A stretch of DNA of 36,439 nucleotides from IMG/VR virus record IMGVR_UViG_3300025082_000003. One strand, given 5' to 3'. Below, one piece after another: positions 17,448-26,796 of the stretch. The stretch is from a virus. The notes under the pieces are model-generated. The model saw nothing but the letters and a program-made list of their open reading frames with translations. It did no database searches and had not been told where the DNA came from. The first letter of the stretch is position 1; every line of letters begins with the position of its first letter. The translations under genes were made by a program, and so were the position numbers.

Positions 17448-20400
17448 TGGCAGAAAGATTTTACGCTGACCATACAACCACAGAAACAGGCGAAGATATC
17501 CGTGTTGAGATTCACGATAGTGATTTTGTGGGTTCGGCTTCCAAGCTGAAAGGAACGGGTGCAGGATGGGCTTCACGATCCGTACAACAACTAGACCCGA
17601 GAAACCCGTTATCAAGTCCTGTTCAAAAATCTGAAGTATCAGTTTCATTGTGGGTTGAAAGCTCCTCATTAATTGATGATTTATTTTCAAGCGAAGAAGG
17701 CAGATTTACACTTATCTATGATAAAGATTCAACGGAATACTTTGAAGGAACTATACTTCCTGATTTATGTGATTATGATTACTTAGAAGATAGTGCTTTA
17801 TGGAAGCTAACTATAAAAGCTAAAGATTTATCCATATTAGAGGGTGAATATTATACCGATGATGGAACTATTTCAGGAGCGCTTGAAACAGGAAGAGTTA
17901 CGGTTATTGAGGCAATAGCCGATATACTGCCGTATTCTAAGACAATAAAAACGCATACATCGTGGATAGTTGATGGAACAACTACATCAAACGATTATTT
18001 AAGGCAAGTTTATATAGATAAATACGCACTTAGAACTTATGCACGAACGGGAGACGAGTCAGACGAGCCTATAACTAAGCTGACAGCTTTAGAATGGATT
18101 CTTAAATCTAATGGACTGATACTAAAACAAGAAAACGGATGGGTTTTAGATCATATAACAGCCATGTCAAACCCTGCATCGGTATTAGAGTCAAATTACG
18201 ACACTTCAGGTACGTTTAGTTCTGCATCGAATGTTGATTTAACAAATACAGCAACGATAGTTATAGGTAGTCCATACAATCATAACCCGGGTATTAAATC
18301 GGCTCGATTAAAATACGACCACAGAACAAAGATAAGCGGTATTGTTTATCCGAGTGTTATTGAGTTAGTTGATGCAGGAACAGATTCTTTTTCACAGTTA
18401 TTTATAAGTGACGGAAGCCAAACATTATCGCTTTCATTTACAGTGAATGCTGAGACTGATGAAACTGAGGCGTCAATGGATGCTAGGGTTCGTATTACAT
18501 CGGGAAGCTATTATTTACAGGACGACTTATCGTGGGATACAACGGTTAATAGTTATGTAGAGTTTTCACTAACAAAAGGAAAACCCTTGTCAGGTGGTGG
18601 TAATGTTTGGAGAGGCAGTTTTTCCATAACAACCGATGACATACCCGATGCAGCGGACGGAACTTTAACCGTTCAATTTGCAGGTGCTACGGGTGGTATA
18701 GATTTTGCGGACACTACGGAATATTACGATATTGGATTTTCAATAAATAACTCGGTAGCTCAAGAAAAATCAACATACATAGATTATCAACTGACCCAAA
18801 CGGGAACACAATCAGTTAGGGCTGGGTATGGAAGCGTTTACTTTGGTGATGGTCCTGTTGGGTATTCAAGAGGCGCAATAACCACCGATTCAGGTGGTAC
18901 GGCTTTCACGGCTGATGATTGGGCGAGAAGAGGTGAGGTTTCCTTTGTTAACCATGCTGAAATATTATTAAGAGAGCTGTTAGATGTTCAGAGAAAATCA
19001 AGAAACCGTATAAGTGCAACCGTAAAATCGGGTTTATCCTTTGGTGATATTATTTCTTATGATAGCACTAATTACTATGTGTTAGGTGGGTCTCAGGATG
19101 GCTATACAGGAGTCTCAAAAGTTGAATTACTAGAAGTTGATATACAAACAGGTACAGATACATTTGAAGATTTACCCAAGTTTGAAGAAGAGGCTGTTTC
19201 AGGTAGTGCAAGCACTTCAGGAGGAACAGGGCTAGATGTTACAACGGCTGATGCTAGGTATTTAAAACAAACTAGTAATTTATCTGATATAGATGATGCG
19301 TCTACGGGGAGAACTAATTTAGGTGTAGCAATAGGCTCAGATGTTCAAGGACATAGTGATGCTTTAGATGATATTTCTTTATTAGATGATTCTGACGGTA
19401 ATTTCATAGTAGGTAGCGCTACGGGATGGGTCGCAGAATCAGGAGCTACGGCAAGGGCTAGCTTAGGAGCTAACGATGCAAGTAATTTAACGACGGGCAC
19501 ACTACCAAGCGGAAGAGTGTCAGGTTCTTACACGGGAATTACAGGGGTTGGTGCTTTAAATGCAGGTTCTATTTCTTCTGGATTTGGAGCGATTGACATA
19601 GGCTCGAGCACGTTAACGGCAGGGGCGGCACAAATAATAGGCGATGCCTCTTTAGCTCAGATATTGGTTACCACAAACGCAAATAGTGGAGAGTCTCGAT
19701 TAAGATTAAGACCTGATAACGGTTTACAGGGTGGGTTAGATCTTATAGCCGATGAAACAAATAAAGAAGCTATAATACAAACAAATAACTCTGCTCTTTG
19801 GGATTTAATCTTCAAGATAAGGGGGAGTGATGGAACCAATGAGCGATTTAGGATAGCTAAAGACGTAATAACATCAACAGTAAACTTAAATATAGGAAGT
19901 AATGCATTAACGGCAGGGGCGGCACAAATAATAGGCGATGCCTCTTTAGCTCAGATATTGGTTACCACAAACGCAAATAGTGGAGAGTCTCGATTAAGAT
20001 TAAGACCTGATAACGGTTTACAGGGTGGGTTAGATCTTATAGCCGATGAAACAAATAAAGAAGCTATAATACAAACAAATAACTCTGCTCTTTGGGATTT
20101 AATCTTCAAGATAAGGGGGAGTGATGGAACCAATGAGCGATTTAGGATAGCTAAAGACGTAATAACATCAACAGTAAACTTAAATATAGGAAGTAATGCA
20201 TTAACGGCAGGAACGGGTACATTTGGTGGTACAGTATCCGTAGATAGGGCGGTTGTTATAAGAGATGCCGGAGATACACAGGCATCCTCATTGTCATTAT
20301 ACGAAAGTGGGTCTATTGACGTTTTATTAAGAAGCGACACGGGGACTTCTTATTTGTGTGCAACGGGTGGAGAGTTAGCGGTTGGTGGCGCTTCTCAGCT

Positions 20401-21790
20401 AGGTTCTGCTAAATTAAGCGTTCATGGTGCGTTAACTGCATCAGGGCTTGGTACTCTTAATTCGTTGGGTGTTACGACTACTTCAACATTTGGCGGTAAT
20501 GCTACTTTTGAAAGCAATCTATTTATTGAGGGTGGGCTTTTTGCTAGAGAGTTTATAGTAGATGTTACCAAAGTTCAGTTTGATAACTTAATGACTGTCG
20601 GTGGTGGTAAAGTTGCTAGTGTATCAGGAAGCGCAGGAAGTGAGACAATAACATTTGAAGATGAAAATGGAACCGAAATAGTACCTGTCGGATTAGATGA
20701 TATTGTTCACATTCAAGTAAGGTCGGGAACTACGTTTGGAACGATAGTAAAGAACATTTATAGAAGAGTTGATAACATAGCTACTAATGATATCGAACTA
20801 ACCACTTCAGGAATTACGTGGACAACGGGAGACGATGTTGGGAGTATAGAAGTTGGCGATGATATATTTGTACAGGGTAATCCGACAGATGCAGATAGAG
20901 ACCATTATATTAAATTCGATATCTCGGGTGTTACGGTTCCAAGAGTAAGCGTATTTGATAACGTGATTGATGTGGACGATGATGGCGACCTTCGTATGGT
21001 TTGGGGAGGTATGGACGGAGTATTTGGGGTTACAGGCGATGAAATTGGAATAGGCGTTGGAGATTCTACATTATCAGGAAACCATTTTTTACTTACTGAT
21101 TCACAGGCTAGTTTGAAGCTTGATAACTATGCACTTTCCGCAGGTACGGGTTCGGCAATTATAGGAATGCAATCAGGTAATGCAAGTGATGAGGCTTGGC
21201 TTTGGGGTGGTTCTAATCAAACCGATGGCGCAAGTGTTACGAATGCAAATACTAAGTTCTTTGTGCTTAACAACGGAAAGATTGTTTATAACGGAATGGG
21301 TAAAATTATTTACTCTCCTATGCAAGTTGCGGACTATGGTTCGGACACAGCGGAAGCCTCAGACCCACAGAATAGCGAATGGACTTGTTTAGCTCAAACA
21401 TCGGGCGTTGGAAACAGCGACTCAGACAGCAGAGTTGCAATCGTTAGTAGGTTTAGAAAGCAGTTTGGACTTGATAACATAAATGTGAATTTCTTTGCAG
21501 AATATGCGAGAACGAGTTCTTCAACGGCTTTATATACGAATGAAGTTCAGGTTGTAATTAAAACGGTTGCAGGGGTAACACAAAGTACTAGTACTTACAC
21601 GGTTACAGGCTCAACACATTCCGAGTTTGATGAAGATATAGACATAAGCGCTTTAACCGATGGCGACATTTATTCGATTGAAGTAATTAGATATGCAGAT
21701 GTAGAAATTAATTCAGGTGATGAATTTGACACAGCAACGAACAGAACCAATTTAAGAGGTGATGTTTACATAACAACTAGTCCAGAATAA
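17447..21790 (+). CDS. Giant tail fibre / distal tail protein (1447 aa)
   Basis: Follows the tape measure gene. It has fibre-type RTNLG / ARASLGA repeats and an internal duplicated 98-aa domain. Confidence 0.75.
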   Translation: MAERFYADHTTTETGEDIRVEIHDSDFVGSASKLKGTGAGWASRSVQQLDPRNPLSSPVQKSEVSVSLWVESSSLIDDLFSSEEGRFTLIYDKDSTEYFEGTILPDLCDYDYLEDSALWKLTIKAKDLSILEGEYYTDDGTISGALETGRVTVIEAIADILPYSKTIKTHTSWIVDGTTTSNDYLRQVYIDKYALRTYARTGDESDEPITKLTALEWILKSNGLILKQENGWVLDHITAMSNPASVLESNYDTSGTFSSASNVDLTNTATIVIGSPYNHNPGIKSARLKYDHRTKISGIVYPSVIELVDAGTDSFSQLFISDGSQTLSLSFTVNAETDETEASMDARVRITSGSYYLQDDLSWDTTVNSYVEFSLTKGKPLSGGGNVWRGSFSITTDDIPDAADGTLTVQFAGATGGIDFADTTEYYDIGFSINNSVAQEKSTYIDYQLTQTGTQSVRAGYGSVYFGDGPVGYSRGAITTDSGGTAFTADDWARRGEVSFVNHAEILLRELLDVQRKSRNRISATVKSGLSFGDIISYDSTNYYVLGGSQDGYTGVSKVELLEVDIQTGTDTFEDLPKFEEEAVSGSASTSGGTGLDVTTADARYLKQTSNLSDIDDASTGRTNLGVAIGSDVQGHSDALDDISLLDDSDGNFIVGSATGWVAESGATARASLGANDASNLTTGTLPSGRVSGSYTGITGVGALNAGSISSGFGAIDIGSSTLTAGAAQIIGDASLAQILVTTNANSGESRLRLRPDNGLQGGLDLIADETNKEAIIQTNNSALWDLIFKIRGSDGTNERFRIAKDVITSTVNLNIGSNALTAGAAQIIGDASLAQILVTTNANSGESRLRLRPDNGLQGGLDLIADETNKEAIIQTNNSALWDLIFKIRGSDGTNERFRIAKDVITSTVNLNIGSNALTAGTGTFGGTVSVDRAVVIRDAGDTQASSLSLYESGSIDVLLRSDTGTSYLCATGGELAVGGASQLGSAKLSVHGALTASGLGTLNSLGVTTTSTFGGNATFESNLFIEGGLFAREFIVDVTKVQFDNLMTVGGGKVASVSGSAGSETITFEDENGTEIVPVGLDDIVHIQVRSGTTFGTIVKNIYRRVDNIATNDIELTTSGITWTTGDDVGSIEVGDDIFVQGNPTDADRDHYIKFDISGVTVPRVSVFDNVIDVDDDGDLRMVWGGMDGVFGVTGDEIGIGVGDSTLSGNHFLLTDSQASLKLDNYALSAGTGSAIIGMQSGNASDEAWLWGGSNQTDGASVTNANTKFFVLNNGKIVYNGMGKIIYSPMQVADYGSDTAEASDPQNSEWTCLAQTSGVGNSDSDSRVAIVSRFRKQFGLDNINVNFFAEYARTSSSTALYTNEVQVVIKTVAGVTQSTSTYTVTGSTHSEFDEDIDISALTDGDIYSIEVIRYADVEINSGDEFDTATNRTNLRGDVYITTSPE
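19613..20200 (+). repeat. Perfect tandem duplication, 2 x 294 bp (98 aa), in frame within the tail fibre
   Basis: 19613-19906 equals 19907-20200, and the next 11 nt (20201-20211) start a third unit. Confidence 0.95.
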
Positions 21791-21793
21791 ACC

Positions 21794-21964
21794 ATGATAT
21801 CAGAAAAAGGGAAGGAACTAATTCAGAACGTAGATAAGCAAGGATTGCTTGAATTGCTATCACAGGATTTAGGCAGTCTTAAATTATCTGATCCTGAACA
21901 TAGGCAAATACAGAGCATTTTAAGAGCTTACAATCAATGCCTTTCAGAGAAGAAAGATAAATGA
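21794..21964 (+). CDS. Small hypothetical protein, 56 aa (not in track)
   Basis: ATG lies 4 nt after the fibre stop, and the stop overlaps the next ATG. Confidence 0.4.
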   Translation: MISEKGKELIQNVDKQGLLELLSQDLGSLKLSDPEHRQIQSILRAYNQCLSEKKDK

Positions 21965-22908
21965 TTAACTACGATAACCACAAAGAGTTAATCTTATCAT
22001 TGGATAGTAGAGGGCTGTCATCTTCTGAGATAGCTGAAGTATTAGGAATGAAAACGCCTGATAAAAACTTTCTACCACGATCAATAAGGCAAGCTTTACA
22101 AAGATGGGGAAGGGGTAAGGGTAGAACCGAGCCTGCAAAGATATTGGTTTTTGACATTGAATCTTCGCCAATGGTTACTTATTCATGGCAAGCAAAAACA
22201 AGATACATAACCCCTGATAAAGTTATATCAGATTGGTTTGTTATTTGTTGGAGTGCTAAGTGGTTATTTGATGATGAAATAATAAACTGTTCAGTTACAG
22301 AAGAAGAGGCTTTAGAGAAAGACGACAAAAGGGTTGTTGGCGAATTATGGAAGTTACTCAATGAAGCGGATATAGTAATAGCTCACAATGGAGACAATTT
22401 CGATATTCGTAAAATGAATGCGAGGTTTGCTAAACACAAAATGAACCTACCATCTCCATACTCTAGCATAGATACATACAAGAGCGCCCGTAAGCGGTTA
22501 AATTTAAGCTATTACAGGCTTTCTTATATAGCTGAATACTTTGGGTTAACTCAAAAGAAACAAGACACTAATTTTAAGATGTGGGTTGATTGCTTAAACG
22601 GTGATAAGTCCGCTTTGGATAAAATGCAAGGGTATTGCGACCAAGATATAAGAGTATTGGAAGATGTATATCTTTATTTAAGACCATACATTCAACCTCA
22701 TCCAAATTTAGGGCTTTACATTGAAGAAGAATCTAATATGTGCCCTTCGTGTGCTTCGACTGATTTAGATAAATGCGGAACGTATGCAACAACGGTTAAT
22801 TTGTATGAAGCGTATCGTTGTAAAAACTGCGGTTCTCTAACAAGGGCAAGAAAACATTGCCTAACAAAAGAAGATAAGGAAACGATAACGAGTTCTATAC
22901 CTAAGTAA
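21961..22908 (+). CDS. DnaQ-like 3'-5' exonuclease (RNase H fold) with N-terminal HTH and C-terminal zinc ribbon
   Basis: Exo I VFDIES, Exo II AHNGDNFD, Exo III YCDQDIRVLEDVY. N-terminal LSSSEIAEVLGM and C-terminal CPSC...CKNC. Confidence 0.7.
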   Translation: MINYDNHKELILSLDSRGLSSSEIAEVLGMKTPDKNFLPRSIRQALQRWGRGKGRTEPAKILVFDIESSPMVTYSWQAKTRYITPDKVISDWFVICWSAKWLFDDEIINCSVTEEEALEKDDKRVVGELWKLLNEADIVIAHNGDNFDIRKMNARFAKHKMNLPSPYSSIDTYKSARKRLNLSYYRLSYIAEYFGLTQKKQDTNFKMWVDCLNGDKSALDKMQGYCDQDIRVLEDVYLYLRPYIQPHPNLGLYIEEESNMCPSCASTDLDKCGTYATTVNLYEAYRCKNCGSLTRARKHCLTKEDKETITSSIPK

Positions 22909-22944
22909 TTTAGATAAAGTTATGAAAATTCATTATATTTAGTT

Positions 22945-23700
22945 ATGAGCAATTACAAACCATTTAGAGACGATGCTAGGTTTTGGCAAGGTGATACATT
23001 AGCGTACAGCTTCACGTTTACGGAAGATGATGTAGATTTAAACCTAACTACATTCGATGATATTGTCGTTGAATTTAAGAACAGAGATACGACTGTATTT
23101 GAACACTCTGTATCTGATGGAGACTTAACAATCTCGGGTGGTGGTAATAATAAGATTTCAGGGGTTGCAAGTGCTACGACAATGGATATAGCTGTCCGAA
23201 AGTATGATATGGTAGTTTACTTTACGAGTGGTACTGTAAAAAACACGTGGGTATCTTTAGACGTTCTGATTATCAACGAGAACAAAAGCGGAAGTAGTAC
23301 AGGCTCGGAGTTCACGGTAAACATTGATACGACAGCTACAACGGTTACAGGACAAGCGAGTGCGGTAGTAGTAGAGCCTAACGGTGTTATCTTAGTTGAT
23401 GGGCGTTACAGCGGAAATTCAGGTACTAAATACGATGATATAGACTTAGCCATTACCGCAGCTAGGGCAAGGATAGCCGATGATTGGAGTAAAGCGACTA
23501 TTAAGGCTTATTTAGATGCAAGCGGAGACCCTATCGGATTAGGAACGAGTGATATTTTAGCATTAAGAGCAGAAGGGATATTCTTTGAAAGCCCGTTCGA
23601 TGCTTGGGAAGATTTTGTATTTGTAGGCGGAAATTTAAACAATGACGATTTACTCTATAACATAGACAACGAAAATTTAAAAATAGACTTGGTGAATTAA
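22945..23700 (+). CDS. Tail/baseplate-associated protein (beta-sandwich-like N-terminus)
   Basis: 251-aa ORF in the distal tail block. The functional call is inferred from position only. Confidence 0.6.
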   Translation: MSNYKPFRDDARFWQGDTLAYSFTFTEDDVDLNLTTFDDIVVEFKNRDTTVFEHSVSDGDLTISGGGNNKISGVASATTMDIAVRKYDMVVYFTSGTVKNTWVSLDVLIINENKSGSSTGSEFTVNIDTTATTVTGQASAVVVEPNGVILVDGRYSGNSGTKYDDIDLAITAARARIADDWSKATIKAYLDASGDPIGLGTSDILALRAEGIFFESPFDAWEDFVFVGGNLNNDDLLYNIDNENLKIDLVN

Positions 23701-23701
23701 A

Positions 23702-24163
23702 ATGGGATTATCATATAAAAAAGATGCAGTACCTTCAACATTAAGAGAGGGAGAATTTGCCGTAGTTGACGGGGTTACTTATGTGGGTAATTCTAGTAAT
23801 GAGCCTGTTTTGGTTTCAGGAATTGAAACGGCTTTTATAGGGGTTGTAACATTTAATCCATCAACATCCATTTCTATATCCGAAATCAAAAACGGTATAG
23901 GAACTTATACGCTTTCGTACACGTCGGGACCTGATAGGTACAGAATTGATTTTGATGACGCTCTTTATAGCGATTTTTCAAATATATCTATCAGGTATGG
24001 AAATACAATAGCCAATGGATTATCTTTCCCTAATGGTCTTCCTATAATTCATTCTTCTACAAAATTAAGAATAGAGTTCACAGACCCTTCTAATCATGCA
24101 GGTACTGTCATATACGGTTCTCCAAAGGTTATTTACGTGTATATTGATGTAATCAGGTCATAA
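23702..24163 (+). CDS. Hypothetical structural protein
   Basis: 153-aa ORF, tightly coupled to its neighbours. Confidence 0.6.
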   Translation: MGLSYKKDAVPSTLREGEFAVVDGVTYVGNSSNEPVLVSGIETAFIGVVTFNPSTSISISEIKNGIGTYTLSYTSGPDRYRIDFDDALYSDFSNISIRYGNTIANGLSFPNGLPIIHSSTKLRIEFTDPSNHAGTVIYGSPKVIYVYIDVIRS

Positions 24164-25233
24164 TGCCTAACGCACTCATTATAGGGATATCAGACACTTT
24201 GAATCATGAATTAATAGTTCGTGATTCATTTCTTACCTACGCTCCTAGCGGATGGGATGCTGATATCATTATGGGTACGGAAAATCCTGATTTAATTGAC
24301 AATCAGTATGTAGTTGCTACTTTAGAAATGGGTGGTCAAATAACCTATACTGAATTAGATGGATTTAGAAACTACATATCCAACAACTCACAATACGACA
24401 TCATTATATGCTCTTACTACCTTGAAGGGATTGCATCTGTTTTAGAGGCAATAGTAAGTATTGAAGATAGAGTTTTGTTTATGCCTTTAGTTGGTGGTTC
24501 GGCTAGAAAAAAGAATAACATCATTTATTGTGGAGTAGGTGAAACATCAAACACGATATCAAGCGATAGCAGTAGAATTGAATGCTTCGATAAAGCTACT
24601 TTATTACAATCATCAAGACAATTAACTCCTTCTTATGTAGTGCCTTCAATCGCAGGGAAAGCTTGTTCACTAGTTGATGCAGGACTTACTAACACTCAGG
24701 TTCGCCAAGCCTTTAGAAGCAATTTAAACGACACTTGGACTCAAACAGATGGATTTGGTAAAGTACCATCTAGTTTAACCGTTCCCGAGAGCTACGACAT
24801 TGAGCCTGTAAACAACTTTAGTTTTATAGGTTATGCAAGTTCAACCTATTCAGAGTACACTTTATTTGAAGGGCAAACGATTGATAGTGTTCGTATTTAT
24901 ATGGACGACCAACTTTTATGGGATGGTAACGGAACCGAGAACACACTTTCAGCCACTACATACGCTCCATACGATACAAGGGTAACATACCGAGCTTTAT
25001 TTGAAGATTTTACTTACACATTTGACCAAGACGATGAAGGCGAACACGTATTCAAAGCCGTTGCAGTAGTTGATGATGTAGAATCAGATGCAGAGATTTT
25101 TAGTAAAGAAACGCTAACACTTACACAGGCTATTTTAGAAAACTATTTCGGTGTAAGTTATGACAATCCCGAACCAGCACCACCTGAACCCGTAGAGCCT
25201 GACCCCGAACCCGAAGACCCGAAGACCCGATAG
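24163..25233 (+). CDS. Distal structural protein ending in a Pro/Glu-rich linker
   Basis: 356-aa ORF whose C-terminus is PEPAPPEPVEPDPEPEDPKTR. Confidence 0.65.
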   Translation: MPNALIIGISDTLNHELIVRDSFLTYAPSGWDADIIMGTENPDLIDNQYVVATLEMGGQITYTELDGFRNYISNNSQYDIIICSYYLEGIASVLEAIVSIEDRVLFMPLVGGSARKKNNIIYCGVGETSNTISSDSSRIECFDKATLLQSSRQLTPSYVVPSIAGKACSLVDAGLTNTQVRQAFRSNLNDTWTQTDGFGKVPSSLTVPESYDIEPVNNFSFIGYASSTYSEYTLFEGQTIDSVRIYMDDQLLWDGNGTENTLSATTYAPYDTRVTYRALFEDFTYTFDQDDEGEHVFKAVAVVDDVESDAEIFSKETLTLTQAILENYFGVSYDNPEPAPPEPVEPDPEPEDPKTR

Positions 25234-25517
25234 TTCCCGACCCCACACAACCGACAGCCGTACGAGTTGGAACGACTGTAACAGTTACAGCTAATGAACT
25301 GGGAACTAGTCAAAAACTCTTCCGTAAGCTACGAACTAACGATGAATGGGTACAAGTAGCGACTGCAACCGATGGAGTACTTACAGATACCGTTGATGAA
25401 GCTAAGAACTACATATACGCTATTAAGATAGCTAACTCAACAGATGAATCCGATTACTCGGAACCTGTGTATGTAGCAGGGGTTAAATCAACTCCGATAG
25501 TTAGTCTTATATATTAG
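25203..25517 (+). CDS. Out-of-frame Fn3/Ig-like C-terminal domain of the preceding gene (no start codon of its own)
   Basis: The -1 frame is open for 104 codons. It reads VRVGTTVTVTANELGTSQKLFRKLRTNDEWVQVATATDGVLTDTVDEAKNYIYAIKIANSTDESDYSEPVYV, a typical Fn3 pattern. Confidence 0.55.
   Translation, partial: PRTRRPEDPIVPDPTQPTAVRVGTTVTVTANELGTSQKLFRKLRTNDEWVQVATATDGVLTDTVDEAKNYIYAIKIANSTDESDYSEPVYVAGVKSTPIVSLIY
25211..25226 (+). repeat. 8-bp tandem duplication CCGAAGAC x2 (plus a partial CCGA)
   Basis: Read directly from the sequence: 25211-25218 equals 25219-25226. Confidence 0.9.
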
Positions 25518-25968
25518 ATAAGAACTCTAATCCTTCATCAAAAGGACGATACACTCCGTTTATACGGCTCCAAGTTGCTTTTCTATTTCCTGTGTCAAGA
25601 TGAAACATAGTTCTACGCTTGAAGTTGTACGTGGTATCGGGGTAAATTCCAATTCCTGAGAAGTTTACCTTTTTTGCTATTGAGAAAAAGTCATAAGCAT
25701 TAGCATAGGCGTTAAGCGTATGAGCTTCAAAAAAAACATCTATTGCCTTCACTTCACCCCATTTATTTATGTTGTGTTGCGAGTTGCTATCATCTTCCCT
25801 ACCTATTGCATCTTTGTGTGGGCTTATTATAATCGGTGCGTTCCATATATTACGCAGGACATCCAATCTCACTAATAGTGAAGGGCACATATCATCGAAC
25901 CAATTCCTACCGTTACGATTAAACTCTGACTTCTTAAAGTGTGTTAATTTATCTTCCATTGGTTTCAT
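25507..25968 (-). CDS. Endolysin, peptidase M15 family (zinc D-Ala-D-Ala carboxypeptidase/L-Ala-D-Glu peptidase type)
   Basis: SQHNINKWGEVKAIDV fits the SxHxxGxAxD motif, and there is a distal FHLD. Confidence 0.8.
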   Translation of the reverse strand: MKPMEDKLTHFKKSEFNRNGRNWFDDMCPSLLVRLDVLRNIWNAPIIISPHKDAIGREDDSNSQHNINKWGEVKAIDVFFEAHTLNAYANAYDFFSIAKKVNFSGIGIYPDTTYNFKRRTMFHLDTGNRKATWSRINGVYRPFDEGLEFLSNI

Positions 25969-26132
25969 TTTTAGTTAATGGATAAGCACCCCTAACAGCT
26001 GGACTTTCACCGTGTTTTTCGGGGTTGCTGGTTTGAGTGCGGTACTATCAACCCTTTTTCCCTTCCATTGTTTCATTTTTATTGAATTTTCATCGTTAGT
26101 TCAGATTTTTTGATACTAATTAAATAGTATTA

Positions 26133-26184
26133 TTCATCTTATTCTGAATATTTAAGAATATGCGTATTGAGCATATACTATGTT
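26133..26184 (-). repeat. 52-nt element, copy 2
   Basis: Its reverse complement matches 3607..3658 at 51/52 positions. It lies 165 nt upstream of the endolysin ATG in sense orientation. Confidence 0.9.
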
Positions 26185-26650
26185 ATGTGCAAGCTATAAC
26201 GTCTTTTAAATATTGTCCTGTGCTTAATTCAATCTTTTTACAACCAATCTGATTTTGCAATTGTGTTATCCATTCAGTCCAGTTATCACTTACCAGTTTA
26301 ATAAAACTTTCATTGCTTCCTCGTTGTTTATACCTTTCTATAAACTCTTGTTTCAAGTCAATATTTGGGTAAACAAGAGTAAAGTGAAAACCTTCTTTAA
26401 CAAGTGCATCCCTTACAACTTCGTGGCTACTTATAAGTATAATATCTACTTTACCCAAATTTGCCTTAATATGGTCTATGTAATTTTTAGGAAAAAAAGC
26501 TTTATCAAACTTACTACTATCACTATCTAAAACTTTTAGCTTAGAATGGTTGTAAAGGTAACTTTTGCCAACTGCTGGAAAGCCTGCACATAACAACGTG
26601 GATAATTCATTGATATTTTCTGCATTTTTGGAATCTAATTGTTTACTCAT
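26183..26650 (-). CDS. P-loop NTPase / nucleotide-kinase-like protein
   Basis: Walker A motif GFPAVGKS close to the N-terminus, with size and layout of small kinases. Confidence 0.6.
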   Translation of the reverse strand: MSKQLDSKNAENINELSTLLCAGFPAVGKSYLYNHSKLKVLDSDSSKFDKAFFPKNYIDHIKANLGKVDIILISSHEVVRDALVKEGFHFTLVYPNIDLKQEFIERYKQRGSNESFIKLVSDNWTEWITQLQNQIGCKKIELSTGQYLKDVIACT

Positions 26651-26712
26651 AATTTATTGTTTATTAATTAATATTTATTCTTTTTGTCGCAACGAAATCA
26701 TACACACAACCG

Positions 26713-26796
26713 TTATAATACAACTAAAATCACTATTCCAGTCCCTATCGTTATAATCAATGCTATTGTTAGCTTAAAGGCTTTTATTCTGTTCAT
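26713..26796 (-). CDS. Possible 27-aa single-TM peptide (not in track)
   Basis: ATGA overlap with the upstream stop. Sequence MNRIKAFKLTIALIITIGTGIVILVVL. Confidence 0.3.
   Translation of the reverse strand: MNRIKAFKLTIALIITIGTGIVILVVL

Noticed and set aside
19613-20200. Tail-fibre repeat as a diversity-generating retroelement (TR/VR pair)
   Set aside because: The copies are identical, with no adenine-specific differences. They are adjacent and in frame in the same gene, and no reverse transcriptase is encoded anywhere in the window.
25203-25230. Canonical -1 programmed ribosomal frameshift joining 24163..25233 to the Fn3 frame
   Set aside because: The 28-nt window where both frames are open (CCCCGAACCCGAAGACCCGAAGACCCGA) contains no X XXY YYZ heptamer. 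The 8-bp tandem duplication is a simpler explanation, although non-canonical slippage cannot be excluded.
24163-25233. Degenerate subtilisin (S8)-like signature (IIGISDT ... TPSYVVPSIAGKA)
   Set aside because: The Ser-motif resemblance (S...P.IAG) is suggestive. I could not find a credible His motif, and the Asp motif is imperfect, so the call is not supportable without a profile or structure search.
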